From positions 178,684,001 through 178,748,000 of the forward strand of contig CM126207.1 in assembly GCA_052327205.1 (NCBI GenBank): a DNA stretch of 64,000 bases, written 5' to 3'. Below, in pieces: positions 48,178 through 59,149 of the stretch; within the stretch, counting starts at the first letter, position 1, and each line of letters opens with the position of its first letter. The position numbers were made by a program, and so were the translations under genes. The notes beneath the pieces are model-generated. The model saw nothing but the letters and a program-made list of their open reading frames with translations, ran no database searches and was not told the origin of the DNA. The stretch comes from Somniosus microcephalus. Taxonomy: Eukaryota.

Positions 48178-51100
48178 CCTTGCAAGTTTTTAAATTTTTC
48201 TTTTTCTCAAAATGGTGGCTTCCCGCGCTTGTCGTCTTCCCCCGCCTACTAAACTGGCGGCTTCCCGCGCTTGGCGGTCTTTCCCGCGCTCGTCGTCTTC
48301 CCCCGCCGACTACAATGGCGGATTCCTGCGTTTGCCTTCTTCCCCCGCTGGCTGCAATGGCGATTGCCGTGCTGCTGCCATTCTCGCCTCCCCAGCGGTT
48401 CTCAATTCCCCGACGCTGCTTTTACTCCCCCGCGGTTCCCGTGGGCATTCACGCTTCCCCTGCTGTTGCGCCTCTCAGCCCCGCATGCAGCCCAGTCCTT
48501 TGCACCGGCTGCGTTTGAGTTCTCCGCGGCTCTCGTGCCTTAAGCTGCCCCAGTCGCTGCACCTCTCGGCCTCGATTGCAGCCCGGCCCTTTTCACTGGC
48601 CGTGGTCGAGTTCTCCGCCCTTTTTCCTCCTTTTTCCCTCCCCCACTCCACAGTCAACGCGGCCGACTTTCTGCTCGTGTCGCTGATCGGCTTACCCACC
48701 ACCGTGGTAGAAGGGATGATCACTGCCTGTCGCTGATGGAGGGCTTCGTGGTCAGAATTTTTCTTTTTAACCCGGGTTCTCGATGCCTCCCGTGCGATGG
48801 TGCTCAGCAGGATGATGAGGGCGGATGCCTCTTCTCGACGCCCGTTCTGAGGACGAAGCTGCCTTGGATGTAAAACTGCCGCAGGGTAAGATCGGACTCG
48901 TCGCCACTGTTAAGTCTATGTGTCCCAGTTATGCTTATTATAAATCACTGGACACAGACCACAAGAATAACTTTAACAGGTCTTTACTATTCGGAGGTCA
49001 GGGCTGAACTGCCCAGTAAATCACTACACAACGCTTATATACCGGTGTGGTCACCACCGGTACTACAGTATACAGCAGCCAAGAGAAAGTAGTACATCTC
49101 TTAAGGTAGTTCTCTTAAGGTGGAACAGGTTACATACATCACACCCTCCAATCCATGGGTACTGTTCCAGAGTCTATCGAGTTCTGGAAGATGACCAGCA
49201 ATGCAGCTACTATTTCCAGGGCCACTTCCTTAAGTACCCTGGGATGTAGATTATCAGGCCCTGGGGATTTATCGGCCTTTAGTCCCATCAATTTTCCTAA
49301 CACCATTTCCCTACAAATACTGATTTCTTTCAGTTCCACCCTTTCATCAGGCCCTATGTTCCCCGGCATCTCTGGGAGGTTATTTGTGTTCTCCTTTGTG
49401 AAGACAGAACCAAAGTATGAATTTAGTTGGTCTGCCATTTCTTTGTTTCCCATTATAAATTCCCCTGATTCTGACTGTAAGGGACCTACGCTTGACTTCA
49501 CCAATCTTTTTCTCTTCACATACCTATAAAAGCTTTTACAGTCAGTTTTTATGTTGCCTGCTAGCTTGCTCTCATATTCTATTTTCCCTTTCTTAATTAA
49601 TCCCTTTGTCCTCCTTTGTTGAATCCTAAACTGCTCCCAATCCTCAGGATTATTGCTTTTTCTGGCCAATTTATATGTCGTCTCCTTGGATCTTATGCTA
49701 TCCCTAATTTCCCTTGTTAGCCACGGTTGAGTCACCTTTTTTTTATTTTTATGCCAAACTGGGATGAACAAATTCTGTTGCTCATCCATTCGGTCTTTGA
49801 ATGTTTGCCATTGCCTATCCACCGTCAACCCTTTGGGTGCCATTCCCCACTCAATCCTACCCAACTCGCTCCTCAGACCATCGTAGTTTCCTTTATTTAA
49901 ATTGAGGACCCTAGTCTGAGTCAACTACTTCATTCTCCATCTTAATGAAGAATTCGATCATATTATGATCGCTCAGACCCAAGGGGCCTCGTACAACAAG
50001 ATTGCTAATTAATCATTTGTCGTTACATAATACCCAGTCTAAGATGGCCTGATCTCTGGTTGGTTCCTCGACATATTGGTCCAGGAAACCATCCCGTAAA
50101 CACATTAGTGGAAGTGGTATATAGACCTCCCAACAGTAAGGCAGAGGTTGGGGATGGCATCGTAGGTTTAAGGAGCATCGTAAAGGCGGGGAGGTTATGG
50201 GAGGGAATTCCAGAGCTTAGGGCCTAGACAGCTGAAGGCACGGCCACCAATGGTGGGGCGAAGGAAGTAGGGGATGCACAAGAGGCCAGAATTGGAGGAA
50301 TGCAGCGCTCTCGGAGGGTTATAGGGCTGGAGCAGTTTACAGAGATAGGGAGGGGCAAGGCCATGGAGGGCTTTGAACACGAAGATGAGAATTTTAAAAT
50401 CGAAGTGTTTGGGGACCAGGAGCCAATGTAGGTCAGCAAGCACAGAGCTGATGGGTGAACGGGATTTGGTGTGAATGAAGCGCTAAATGTCCTTTCTCCA
50501 TGCAGATGGCGACAGACCTGCGGTGTATTTTCAGCTTTTGTGCACAGATGTTGCCTCCTTTCCTTAGCTACCTGCTTGGGTCTTAACAGTATGTGGTGCG
50601 GGGAGATCAAAGAAAGGGGGGATCTGCAGCCTTCTATAGTTCAAGCATTCACATAGAAGGCCTGTATGAGGGGTACATGTTATAACTAAAGACTTGGTTG
50701 AATTTAACCTGTAGTGGGTTTCAATTGAGCGGGCAAGGGCGTATCGTGTGTGAAACTCACTCACTGGTGTAGGGTATTTTAACTCCCAGGCGTCTGTTAA
50801 ACGCTGCCGGTCCACTGCCTGTTCTGGTTGCGAAGTGGGCACAGAGCAGGCAAAGATCGGACATCCCTTGGCTGCCAGCCAGCGTTCAGGGAGGGCTTCG
50901 CAGGAGGGGGAGAATCCCAGATAGGGGAGGGCAGGACCTCCCCGTGAAGCCCAGAGGAGCATTCCCACTCCTCCTGACCCCACAAAGAAATGCTTTCACT
51001 TGTCGGGAGGGCCTCTTCATCCTTCCCACCAGCCGCCAACCAGCTTCCTCCTGGCGGGAAAGCCCTATTGGTGTAATAGGCCCCCGATTTGCACAAATTT

Positions 51101-51818
51101 ATGAGGCTCCAGCCTGCTTTAGGCCGATACCTCACCCACCAGCAGAGCCCTACATGTTAATATCAGACGGGAAAGGGTCAGATTCCAAGCAGTTAAATGA
51201 CCTCGTTTTTAACTACCCAGTTTTCGCTGGGTGGGTAGAGTTAAAATGGACCTGCTGGTCTTTCCCTTAAATAATCATTTACAGGCCTTTACTCCAAAAG
51301 AATGGACTGAATTGAGTGAAGAGCCAGTGAATATGGAATATTTGATAACATTTTGCATAACTTTATGGAATACTGGTCGGCTTTCCCTCCAAAGTCTATT
51401 GTATTTAGCGTTTGCCAATGAAGATAATGAGATCTTTGCAATATGTATAAGGGAACCTTTTAAAGGAGGAAGTGTATTCAAATAATGTCAGATGATCCTA
51501 AGTATTAGCGATCTGTATACAGACCAGTGTGTCTCAGCCTCTTGTTGCCTCATCTTCTGTTCCAGGGCTGCTGGCTAAAGACAATCCTTTCTTGCGGAAC
51601 TCCCTCCACTGAATTGGGAGCCTACTGTCATGCACAAAGAACTAGATTATGCTGATTTCCAGTTAGATTCCAGCTGATGCTTGAGCAAGACTGGCATCCA
51701 AGTCTTGACTAAATGGTGCCGTGACGTGAGTACATTGTTCCTTTCATGAATGGAATATGCAACAACAGTGAGCTTCTTGTAGGGCGTGGGGGTGTCTTGG
51801 GATCTTGACCATAGTGGT

Positions 51819-54800
51819 TGTGATAAAAATGCTAACTTCCGGGAAGTTATGTCATCACTTCCTGTGAACTATGAACTATGAACTGTGTACATACCTCACT
51901 TCCTGTAAATGTCACTTCCTGTTGGACTGGTATAAATACTGGTCTGTTCAGTATTGTAAGAGGCTTCTACCAGAGGCATGGTAAAGACCTCTCTTGTATA
52001 TAGTGTGTTTATAAGTTACTTAAAGCTTACTTTAAAGTTACTTGATGGTCAGTCTCCTTTTCTTACATCAATTTAAGTAACTTAGTATTTACACTGACAA
52101 ATACTAGACCTTCAGACAAACTCGGAAGTTAAGGATCCAGGGAACCACCCATCATGGATAAAATCCTTAGACCTATTCGTCTGGACTTGGACCCGAATAC
52201 ACCAGCAGCTGGCAGGGTATGGAAGCATTGGTATCGTACTTTTGAGAATTTTCTGGATGAATGTAAAGTGGATGCTCCTGCTAAATTGAAGATACTTGTC
52301 AATTATGTGACCCCAAAAGTGTTCGAATATGTTGATGAATGGGATAATTACGAAGAGGTGATTCGGGCACTTAAGAAACTGTATGCGAAGACCCCAAATG
52401 AGGTCTATGCTAGACATCTACTGGCCACAGCCCGACAAGGGCCAGGGGAATCAATTGACGAATTCCTGCAAGAACTTCGCAGGCTCAGCGTAGATTGTAA
52501 CTTTCAGGCAGCCTCAGCTGAGCTGTACCGCCAAGAAATGATTCGTGATGCTTTCATCTGCGGGATTGCCTCTCCATTTATACGCCAGCGTCTACTAGAA
52601 AGTAAAACACTTGAGCTACAAAAAGCTTTTGACCTAGCTTGTTCACTGGATTTGGCAAAGAGAAATGCAGACCTCTATCAGCTGCCCAGATCTCGATCTG
52701 CTGCTGTAGCTGCAACCAGACAATTCAAGCGGTCTCAGGTGAACCCTATCATGGGGGAATCTAATTCTGATAATTCTGATGAAGAAGAGGAGGACGACCC
52801 CACTTTAGCAGCCTCTTGGCAATCTAGGAAGGAATGCTTCTTTTGTGGAGATGCTTTTCACCCTAGGAAAACCTGCCCTGCTCGCAATGCAATCTGCAGT
52901 TATTGCGGGAAAAAAGGACACTTTGCTAAAGTTTGCCTATCAAGGGCCTCTACGAGGGCCAATCCAGCTAAGGCCTACCGAGCTGCCCCAATTAGGGCCT
53001 ATCAAGATGCTCCAGCTAGGACCTATCAAGCTTCCTCTCGAGCTCTCTCCCGAAGAAGCACACCGAGAGTTTTAGCCACTCTCTGTGCAACGACACCAAT
53101 TACAGCTGCTTGCCCACAGAACCTGTCTCAGGCAGCCACAAAAATTTCAATTAAAGGGCATACCTTAGATGCCTTAATTGACTCAGGAAGTACTGATAGT
53201 TTCATTAAGGAACAGATTGTTGCGAAATTGAAACTACATGTCTTCCCATCGGACCAGGCAATTGCGATGGCCCAGTCATCACTTAATACCAGAATCTCTG
53301 GCTTTTGTGTTGTTGATATGACACTTCATGGTCGTATGTATCCCTCCACCCGACTTTCAGTGCTCAAAGACTTATGTAGTGATCTCCTCTTAGGGCTGGA
53401 CTTCCAAAAACAGCATAAGAAACTCACCATTGAGTTTGGTGGATCCAAACCCGGACTTACTATTTCTAATATACCATCTAAATTACCATTTTGTGCATTA
53501 TCAGCAGCTTCACTTGATGAACCCTCATTATTTGCCAGTATTCCGCCTCAATGCCAACCGATAATAACGAAATCGCGGCGCTTTAATCAGGGAGACCAAT
53601 CTTTTATTGCGGCTGAAATCTCTCGACTTCTAGCAGAGGATATCATTGAACCATGTTCGTCGCCCTGGCGGGCTCAAGTCGTCATTGTCAAGAACCCTCT
53701 AAAACCTCACAAACAGCGACTATGCATCGATTATTCGCAAACCATCAATCAATATACCGACTTGGACGCCTACCCATTGCCACGCATTGATGATATGGTT
53801 AATAAACTGGCCGAATACAAAGTGTTCTCAACTTACGATTTAAAAAGTGCCTATCATCAGTTACCCTTGAAGGTCTCAGATAAGCAGTACACAGCCTTTG
53901 AGGCTAATGGACGGCTGTACCAATTTCGTCGCCTCCCATTCGGGGTTACTAATGGAGTGGCTGTCTTTCAACGGGCAATGGATGGCCTGGTTAAGCAGGA
54001 AAACCTAAGGGACACTTTTCCCTATCTTGATAACATTACCATTGCAGGTCACGATCAACAGGAACACGACTCCAACCTCCAAAAATTTCGGGATGCCCTC
54101 CATCGCCGTAATTTGACCCTGAATGAATCCAAATCTGTTGAGTCGCAACCGACCATCAACATCCTTGGCTACTGCGTAGGCAATGGTATCATTAAGCCAG
54201 ACCCAGAAAGACTTCGCCCGCTCCAAGAGCTCCCGTCACCTAAGAATCCGGCTTCTTTACGTCGGGCTCTCGGTCTGTTTGCATACTACGCTAAATGGAT
54301 TCCTCATTTTTCGGACAAAATCCAACCCTTGCTGCATGCTAGATCATTTCCACTGGGAACAGCGGCTGTTGCAGCCTTTAACCTTCTCAAAAAACAGTTG
54401 GAGAAAGCGGCTCTTCACTCCATCGATGAGAATCTCCCTTTCGTGGTTGAATGTGATGCCTCGGAGGTGGCGATCTCGGCTACTCTGAATCAGGAAGGTC
54501 GTCCTGTAGCATTTATGTCCAGGACCTTACAAGGTGCCGAGCTACATTATCCTCCGGTTGAGAAAGAAGCCACAGCCATCATAGAGGCAGTACGGAAGTG
54601 GAACCATTTTCTAGCTCGCCAGCACTTTACATTGATCACGGACCAACGATCAGTCGCCTTCATGCTCGATAATCGAAAACGAACCAAAATTAAGAATAAT
54701 AAAATACAACTTTGGAGGATGGAACTGGCCTCTTTTGGTTATACCATTCTCTATCGGCCTGGCAAGGAGAATGTGGCCCCGGACACCCTCACACGGGCGT

Positions 54801-56365
54801 TCTGCTCCACTATGTCATCCTCCACTCTCATGGATGTCCACAATGGTTTGTGTCATCCTGGCGTTACGCGCATGCTACATTTCGTACGATCACGGAATCT
54901 CCCTTTTTCCACTGGAGATGTAAAGAAAATATGCTCAGAATGCCGGCTTTGTGCGGAATTAAAACCTCAGTTCTTCCGCCCCTCAGATGGTATACTCATA
55001 CATGCAACCCAACCGATGCAACGACTTAGCATCGATTTTAAGGGCCCAGTGCCCTCTTCAACTCGGAACACATATTTGCTCACCATGATCGACGAATATT
55101 CACGTTTTCCGTTTGCCTTCCCCTGCTCCAATATGCTGGCGTCCACAGTAATCTGCTGCCTTGAGCAGGTATTTTCTCTCTGTGGCATGCCGGCTTATAT
55201 TCACTCAGACCGGGGTCCATCCTTTATGTCAAGGGAACTCAAGGACTACCTCTCAGAACGGGGAATTGCTGCAAGCAAAACAACACCATACCATCCCATC
55301 GGAAATGGGCAGGTAGAGAGGTATAACGGTATCATCTGGAATTCCGTACGTCTCGCTTTAAGATCTCGGGGCCTACCAGACCAGCAATGGGAAACAGTGC
55401 TTCCGGATGCATTGCACTCTATACGGTCCCTGCTTTCTACAGCCACAAATACTACACCTCATGAGCGGTTCTTTGGATTCCAGCGTCGCTCATCTCATGG
55501 AACATCACTCCCGTCATGGCTAACTACTCCTGGACCTGTATTACTCCGAAGATACGTTCGGACGTCTAAAAATGACCCTCTTGTAGACGAGGTCGAACTA
55601 ACCGATGCCAACCCCACCTATGCAAACATACGATATTCCGACGGCCGAGAATCTACCGTATCATTACGGGATCTGGCTCCCTGCCCACCAGGACCTAGTG
55701 GGACATCGGGTGATGGCATTTCACCAGGAAACTCTTGGGACCTATCGGGTACCCCTCTCCAGGATCCTGATCGGACACCAACTAGCTTGGTGCCGGCAGA
55801 ACCCCGTGCTCAAGGTTGCGACCCTCCCAGTACCGTGCATGAAAGTACTGATCCGCCACAGACCAGCTCTGCACCTCCCTCTGAACAGAGGCAGTCCGAC
55901 TTTGAACCTATTGGGGCTCGCACTCGAAGCCATGATCTCCCCGACCCTTCACAGGGCAATCCAGGCCACACAGACTCTGACCAATGGCCAACCGCATGTA
56001 AGCGGACCAGCGACCCTCTACGACGGGAATCCAAACGGGTACGACTCTTCCTTGTTCGGCGGCTGCGGACCAAAAGGTAGACCACAGCCTCCTAATCCTG
56101 CAGGAGGGAAGAATGTGATAAAAATGCTAACTTCCGGGAAGTTATGTCATCACTTCCTGTGAACTATGAACTATGAACTGTGTACATACCTCACTTCCTG
56201 TAAATGTCACTTCCTGTTGGACTGGTATAAATACTGGTCTGTTCAGTATTGTAAGAGGCTTCTACCAGAGGCATGGTAAAGACCTCTCTTGTATATAGTG
56301 TGTTTATAAGTTACTTAAAGCTTACTTTAAAGTTACTTGATGGTCAGTCTCCTTTTCTTACATCA
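51819..56365 (+). mobile_element. Intact Gypsy LTR retrotransposon with apparently identical LTRs
   Basis: 252-bp LTRs 51819-52070 and 56114-56365 with no differences found by eye; 5-bp TSD GTGGT; PPT CAGGAGGGAAGAA; no TGG-type PBS. Confidence 0.97.
52154..56080 (+). CDS. Gypsy Gag-Pol polyprotein, 1308 aa, uninterrupted
   Basis: Knuckles CFFCGDAFHPRKTC / CSYCGKKGHFAKVC, LIDSGS protease, RT with YLDN, ECDAS RNase H, HNGLCHPG..CSECRLC and D-D-E integrase motifs. Confidence 0.95.
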   Translation: MDKILRPIRLDLDPNTPAAGRVWKHWYRTFENFLDECKVDAPAKLKILVNYVTPKVFEYVDEWDNYEEVIRALKKLYAKTPNEVYARHLLATARQGPGESIDEFLQELRRLSVDCNFQAASAELYRQEMIRDAFICGIASPFIRQRLLESKTLELQKAFDLACSLDLAKRNADLYQLPRSRSAAVAATRQFKRSQVNPIMGESNSDNSDEEEEDDPTLAASWQSRKECFFCGDAFHPRKTCPARNAICSYCGKKGHFAKVCLSRASTRANPAKAYRAAPIRAYQDAPARTYQASSRALSRRSTPRVLATLCATTPITAACPQNLSQAATKISIKGHTLDALIDSGSTDSFIKEQIVAKLKLHVFPSDQAIAMAQSSLNTRISGFCVVDMTLHGRMYPSTRLSVLKDLCSDLLLGLDFQKQHKKLTIEFGGSKPGLTISNIPSKLPFCALSAASLDEPSLFASIPPQCQPIITKSRRFNQGDQSFIAAEISRLLAEDIIEPCSSPWRAQVVIVKNPLKPHKQRLCIDYSQTINQYTDLDAYPLPRIDDMVNKLAEYKVFSTYDLKSAYHQLPLKVSDKQYTAFEANGRLYQFRRLPFGVTNGVAVFQRAMDGLVKQENLRDTFPYLDNITIAGHDQQEHDSNLQKFRDALHRRNLTLNESKSVESQPTINILGYCVGNGIIKPDPERLRPLQELPSPKNPASLRRALGLFAYYAKWIPHFSDKIQPLLHARSFPLGTAAVAAFNLLKKQLEKAALHSIDENLPFVVECDASEVAISATLNQEGRPVAFMSRTLQGAELHYPPVEKEATAIIEAVRKWNHFLARQHFTLITDQRSVAFMLDNRKRTKIKNNKIQLWRMELASFGYTILYRPGKENVAPDTLTRAFCSTMSSSTLMDVHNGLCHPGVTRMLHFVRSRNLPFSTGDVKKICSECRLCAELKPQFFRPSDGILIHATQPMQRLSIDFKGPVPSSTRNTYLLTMIDEYSRFPFAFPCSNMLASTVICCLEQVFSLCGMPAYIHSDRGPSFMSRELKDYLSERGIAASKTTPYHPIGNGQVERYNGIIWNSVRLALRSRGLPDQQWETVLPDALHSIRSLLSTATNTTPHERFFGFQRRSSHGTSLPSWLTTPGPVLLRRYVRTSKNDPLVDEVELTDANPTYANIRYSDGRESTVSLRDLAPCPPGPSGTSGDGISPGNSWDLSGTPLQDPDRTPTSLVPAEPRAQGCDPPSTVHESTDPPQTSSAPPSEQRQSDFEPIGARTRSHDLPDPSQGNPGHTDSDQWPTACKRTSDPLRRESKRVRLFLVRRLRTKR

Positions 56366-56819
56366 GTGGTTTTACCAAATACCATTATTAGCCAGATTGC
56401 TGGAAACTCCCTTCTGCTCTGGGACCTGGAAAGACGTGGGATGAACTTTTGCCAGCTGCTTTATTGAAATTGGTTGGTGGTGATGTCACAGCACCAAGCT
56501 GCCTGTAGCTGAGCATTAAGTCGTCTTCCTCATGGGAAGAGGCCATAAAGATTGCTGGTCTGGGAATTCAAAATGTTGGCAAAGGTTCAGTACACTGTGC
56601 TGTTGTTGGCGAGCTTTAAATATGGCCATTCACACTAGACCTGGGAGTTCTGATGTTGAAAACACATTCTGTTCTGAAGCACCAGCATTCGCACCTCATA
56701 TTGGGGAGGGGAGGGGTTGCACTAGTTGTAATATGGATTTTGGTGTCATTGCAGTTTCCACGGTTATGAAGGTGATTGTCAGGCAGGAGACAGCAGAGCC
56801 TGGCCACAATTTTTCAATT

Positions 56820-57870
56820 TCAGATATGCAGATTGTGCCCTGGTATTGGAGAATACCTCATGCAACACCTTTGTTCAGGAAGGGAGAGGAGGAGAAATCT
56901 AATTACTATAGACCAACTAGTCTAACGCAGGAACCCATAATCTGAGATAAAGTTAGTGAGCATTTAGAAATGCATGGATTAATCACGGACAACCAACATG
57001 CATTTTTTAAAGGCATGTCGTATTTGACAAGATTATTAGAATTATTTGAAGAATCGACCAATTGGATAGATAAAGGAGATGTCGAGCAGATGGATTTTCA
57101 GAAGGCATGTGAAAAGGTGTCTCACAAGAGGCTTATGGTATGAAAAGAAATTTAGCATGAAGGACCGAAAGTTGACAGATAGGAAAAGAGTTGGGGTAAA
57201 GGGCCGGTGTTCAGATTGGAGAAAGCTTGGAAGTTGGGGTATCCCAGGGGTTGGTGCTGGGTCCCATTTTTGTTCTCTGTTTATATAAATGATTTGGACA
57301 TGGGAAGCACAATCTCAAAACTTGATGACAAAAGTTAAAGGTTTGGCAAATGGTGAGGACTATGAAGGCTTTGTTATTAAGATATACAGGTTAGTGGAAT
57401 GGGCAGACAGATGGTAGTTGCAATTCAACGTGGACGAGTGTGAGGTTATACATTTTAGGAGGAAAGAAACAAAGAGTGGGAGTGTGCACTCAGTGGAAAG
57501 ATACTGAAGAATGTGGCTGAACAGAGACCTAAGGTTTCAAAACAAAATTCCCTGAAGGTATGAGTGCAGGTAAATAAAGCCACAAAAAAGGCCAACAGCA
57601 TTTTAGGGTTTATAAATAGGATGTAGAGTACAAAGGTGAAGAAGTAACAATATATTTATTTAATCAAAGCATTGGTTAAGCGACAGGGTACTGTGTGCAG
57701 GTTTGGATGTGCCATTCTGGAAATTACATTAAAGCCATAGAGAGCATAGATTCACCAGGGTGATTTCAGGGATGTGAAACTATAACTATGAGGAAAGATT
57801 TAAGCTACTGGGACTATGGCCAGTGGGTCAGAGAAAGCTAAGAGCAAATTTAATGTAGGTTTTTAAAATA
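56820..57870 (+). mobile_element. Old degraded CR1 RT fragment
   Basis: ATPLFRKG..NYYRPTSLT, DFQKA-like and YINDLD-like remnants with many indels. Confidence 0.7.
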
Positions 57871-58124
57871 CTGTTTTTAATTCATTCATGGGCTGTGGGT
57901 GTCACTGGCGAGGCCAGCATTTATTGCCCATCCTTAGTTACCAATTAGGCCACTTCAGAATGCAGTTAAGAGTCACCAAAGTGATGTAGGACTGGAGTCA
58001 CTTATCGGCCAGACCAGGTAAGGATTCACTACTCCCAAGCGCTCAAAGTAACCATTGAAAACTTTACTTACTAGTTTGATCAAGTAAATTTTACTTGTGA
58101 TTTAAAAACAGCTTGATAAAGATC

Positions 58125-58297
58125 AAAACAGAAAATGCAGGAAATACTCAGAAGGTCAGATAGCATCTGTGGCTAGAGAAACAGAGTTAACGTTTCAGGT
58201 CGATGACCTTTCTGACGAAAGGTCAGACCTGCTGAGTATCTCCAGTATTTTCTGTTTCTGTTTCATATTTCCAGCATCTGCAGTATTTTGCTTTTGT
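58125..58297. mobile_element. Inverted (palindromic) Penelope-like terminal remnant
   Basis: AAAACAGAAAATGCAGGAAATACTCAG.AGGTC pairs with GACCTGCTGAGTATCTCCAGTATTTTCTGTTT; broken hammerhead halves at the centre. Confidence 0.6.
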
Positions 58298-58394
58298 GAT
58301 AAAGATTATATGCTGTTTACAGTCCACGAGGGAGGGTACCTCTTAACTCGAATGGCATTTCAGGAGCCCTCGGAAAGTTTCCTGTACAGATAGA

Positions 58395-58800
58395 TGTCAG
58401 CTGTGGTTCAGTTGGTAGCACTCTCGCATCTGAATCAGAAGCTTGTGGCTTCAAGCTCCACTCCAGAGACTTGAGCACATAATCCAAGCTGGTACTTTCA
58501 GTACAGCACTGAGGGAGTTCTGCACTGTCGGAGGTTCCATTTTTCAGGTGAACATAAAAGATCCCATGGCACTATTAGAAGAGCAGGGGAGTTCTCCCCA
58601 GTGTTCTGGCCAATATTTATCCCTCAACCAACATCACTAAAATAGATAATCTGGTCATTTGTGGAACCTTGCTGTGTGCAACTTGGTTGCTGTGTTCCTT
58701 ACATTACAATAATGACTAAAAATAAAGTACTTCATTGGCTGTAAAGTGCTTTGGGATGTCCTGAAGTCGTGCAAGGGACTATATAAATGCAATCTTTCTT
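58395..58800 (+). mobile_element. SacSINE1-like DeuSINE
   Basis: Head, Deu domain and tail as in the other copies. Confidence 0.8.
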
Positions 58801-59149
58801 TAGATATTTAATCTGTGTTTTGCTGGCAGCAATTATCTATTTAGAAGAGAAAAACTATATAATGAATAGAATTCTATTAGTAAAGTCCCCAAGTTTATAT
58901 TAATTCTGCAGTATTCGTCTGCACAGTAATTGAATTGATATTCTAGAATGTATTTTATGGCTGTTATAAATTATACAATTTTACAAGCTTAATGGATCTA
59001 CAAATAGGTTTGCCATGATTATTTTTTCTCATTACCCACTTTTCTGCCCTCCTTTCCTCAAATGATGCAGTCTGTAGCTGGGAACAGTTCCACAAGCACT
59101 GCCTACCCACTGATACTCTCCCAAGTGGCCATTTTTCATCGCTTTCCTG

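Larger units (their letters stand above)
43908..49143 (-). mobile_element. Full-length Gypsy LTR retrotransposon, Mag-like, integrase region defective
   Basis: 236-bp LTRs 43908-44143 and 48908-49143 differing at 2 positions by eye; 5-bp TSD CCCTC; PBS TGGCGACGAG (complementary to tRNA-Ser 3' end); PPT AAAAAGGGAGGAT. Confidence 0.96.
35502..50161 (-). mobile_element. Single ~2.5 kb CR1 LINE in three pieces (35502-36252, 43205-43907, 49149-50161)
   Basis: ORF2 joins across the breaks: ..GTVPMDWRV|ANVTSLFKKG.. and ..KSRKADY|..GNRLGEGEVQRDLGV; candidate TSD GTAGGTTT(T)AA. Confidence 0.88.
35365..50470 (-). mobile_element. L2 3' fragment (35365-35501 + 50162-50470) hosting a nested stack
   Basis: L2 tail breaks after GAGGTAGGTTTTAA and resumes GTAGGTTTAAGGAGCATC at 50162; LADLHWL..FKILIFVFKALHGLAPPYL on the minus strand. 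Confidence 0.75.

Noticed and set aside
48180-48900. Extra ORF or env-like gene in the Mag-like element
   Set aside because: GC-rich 5' leader with short internal repeats; ORFs are short, mostly antisense and lack recognisable motifs.
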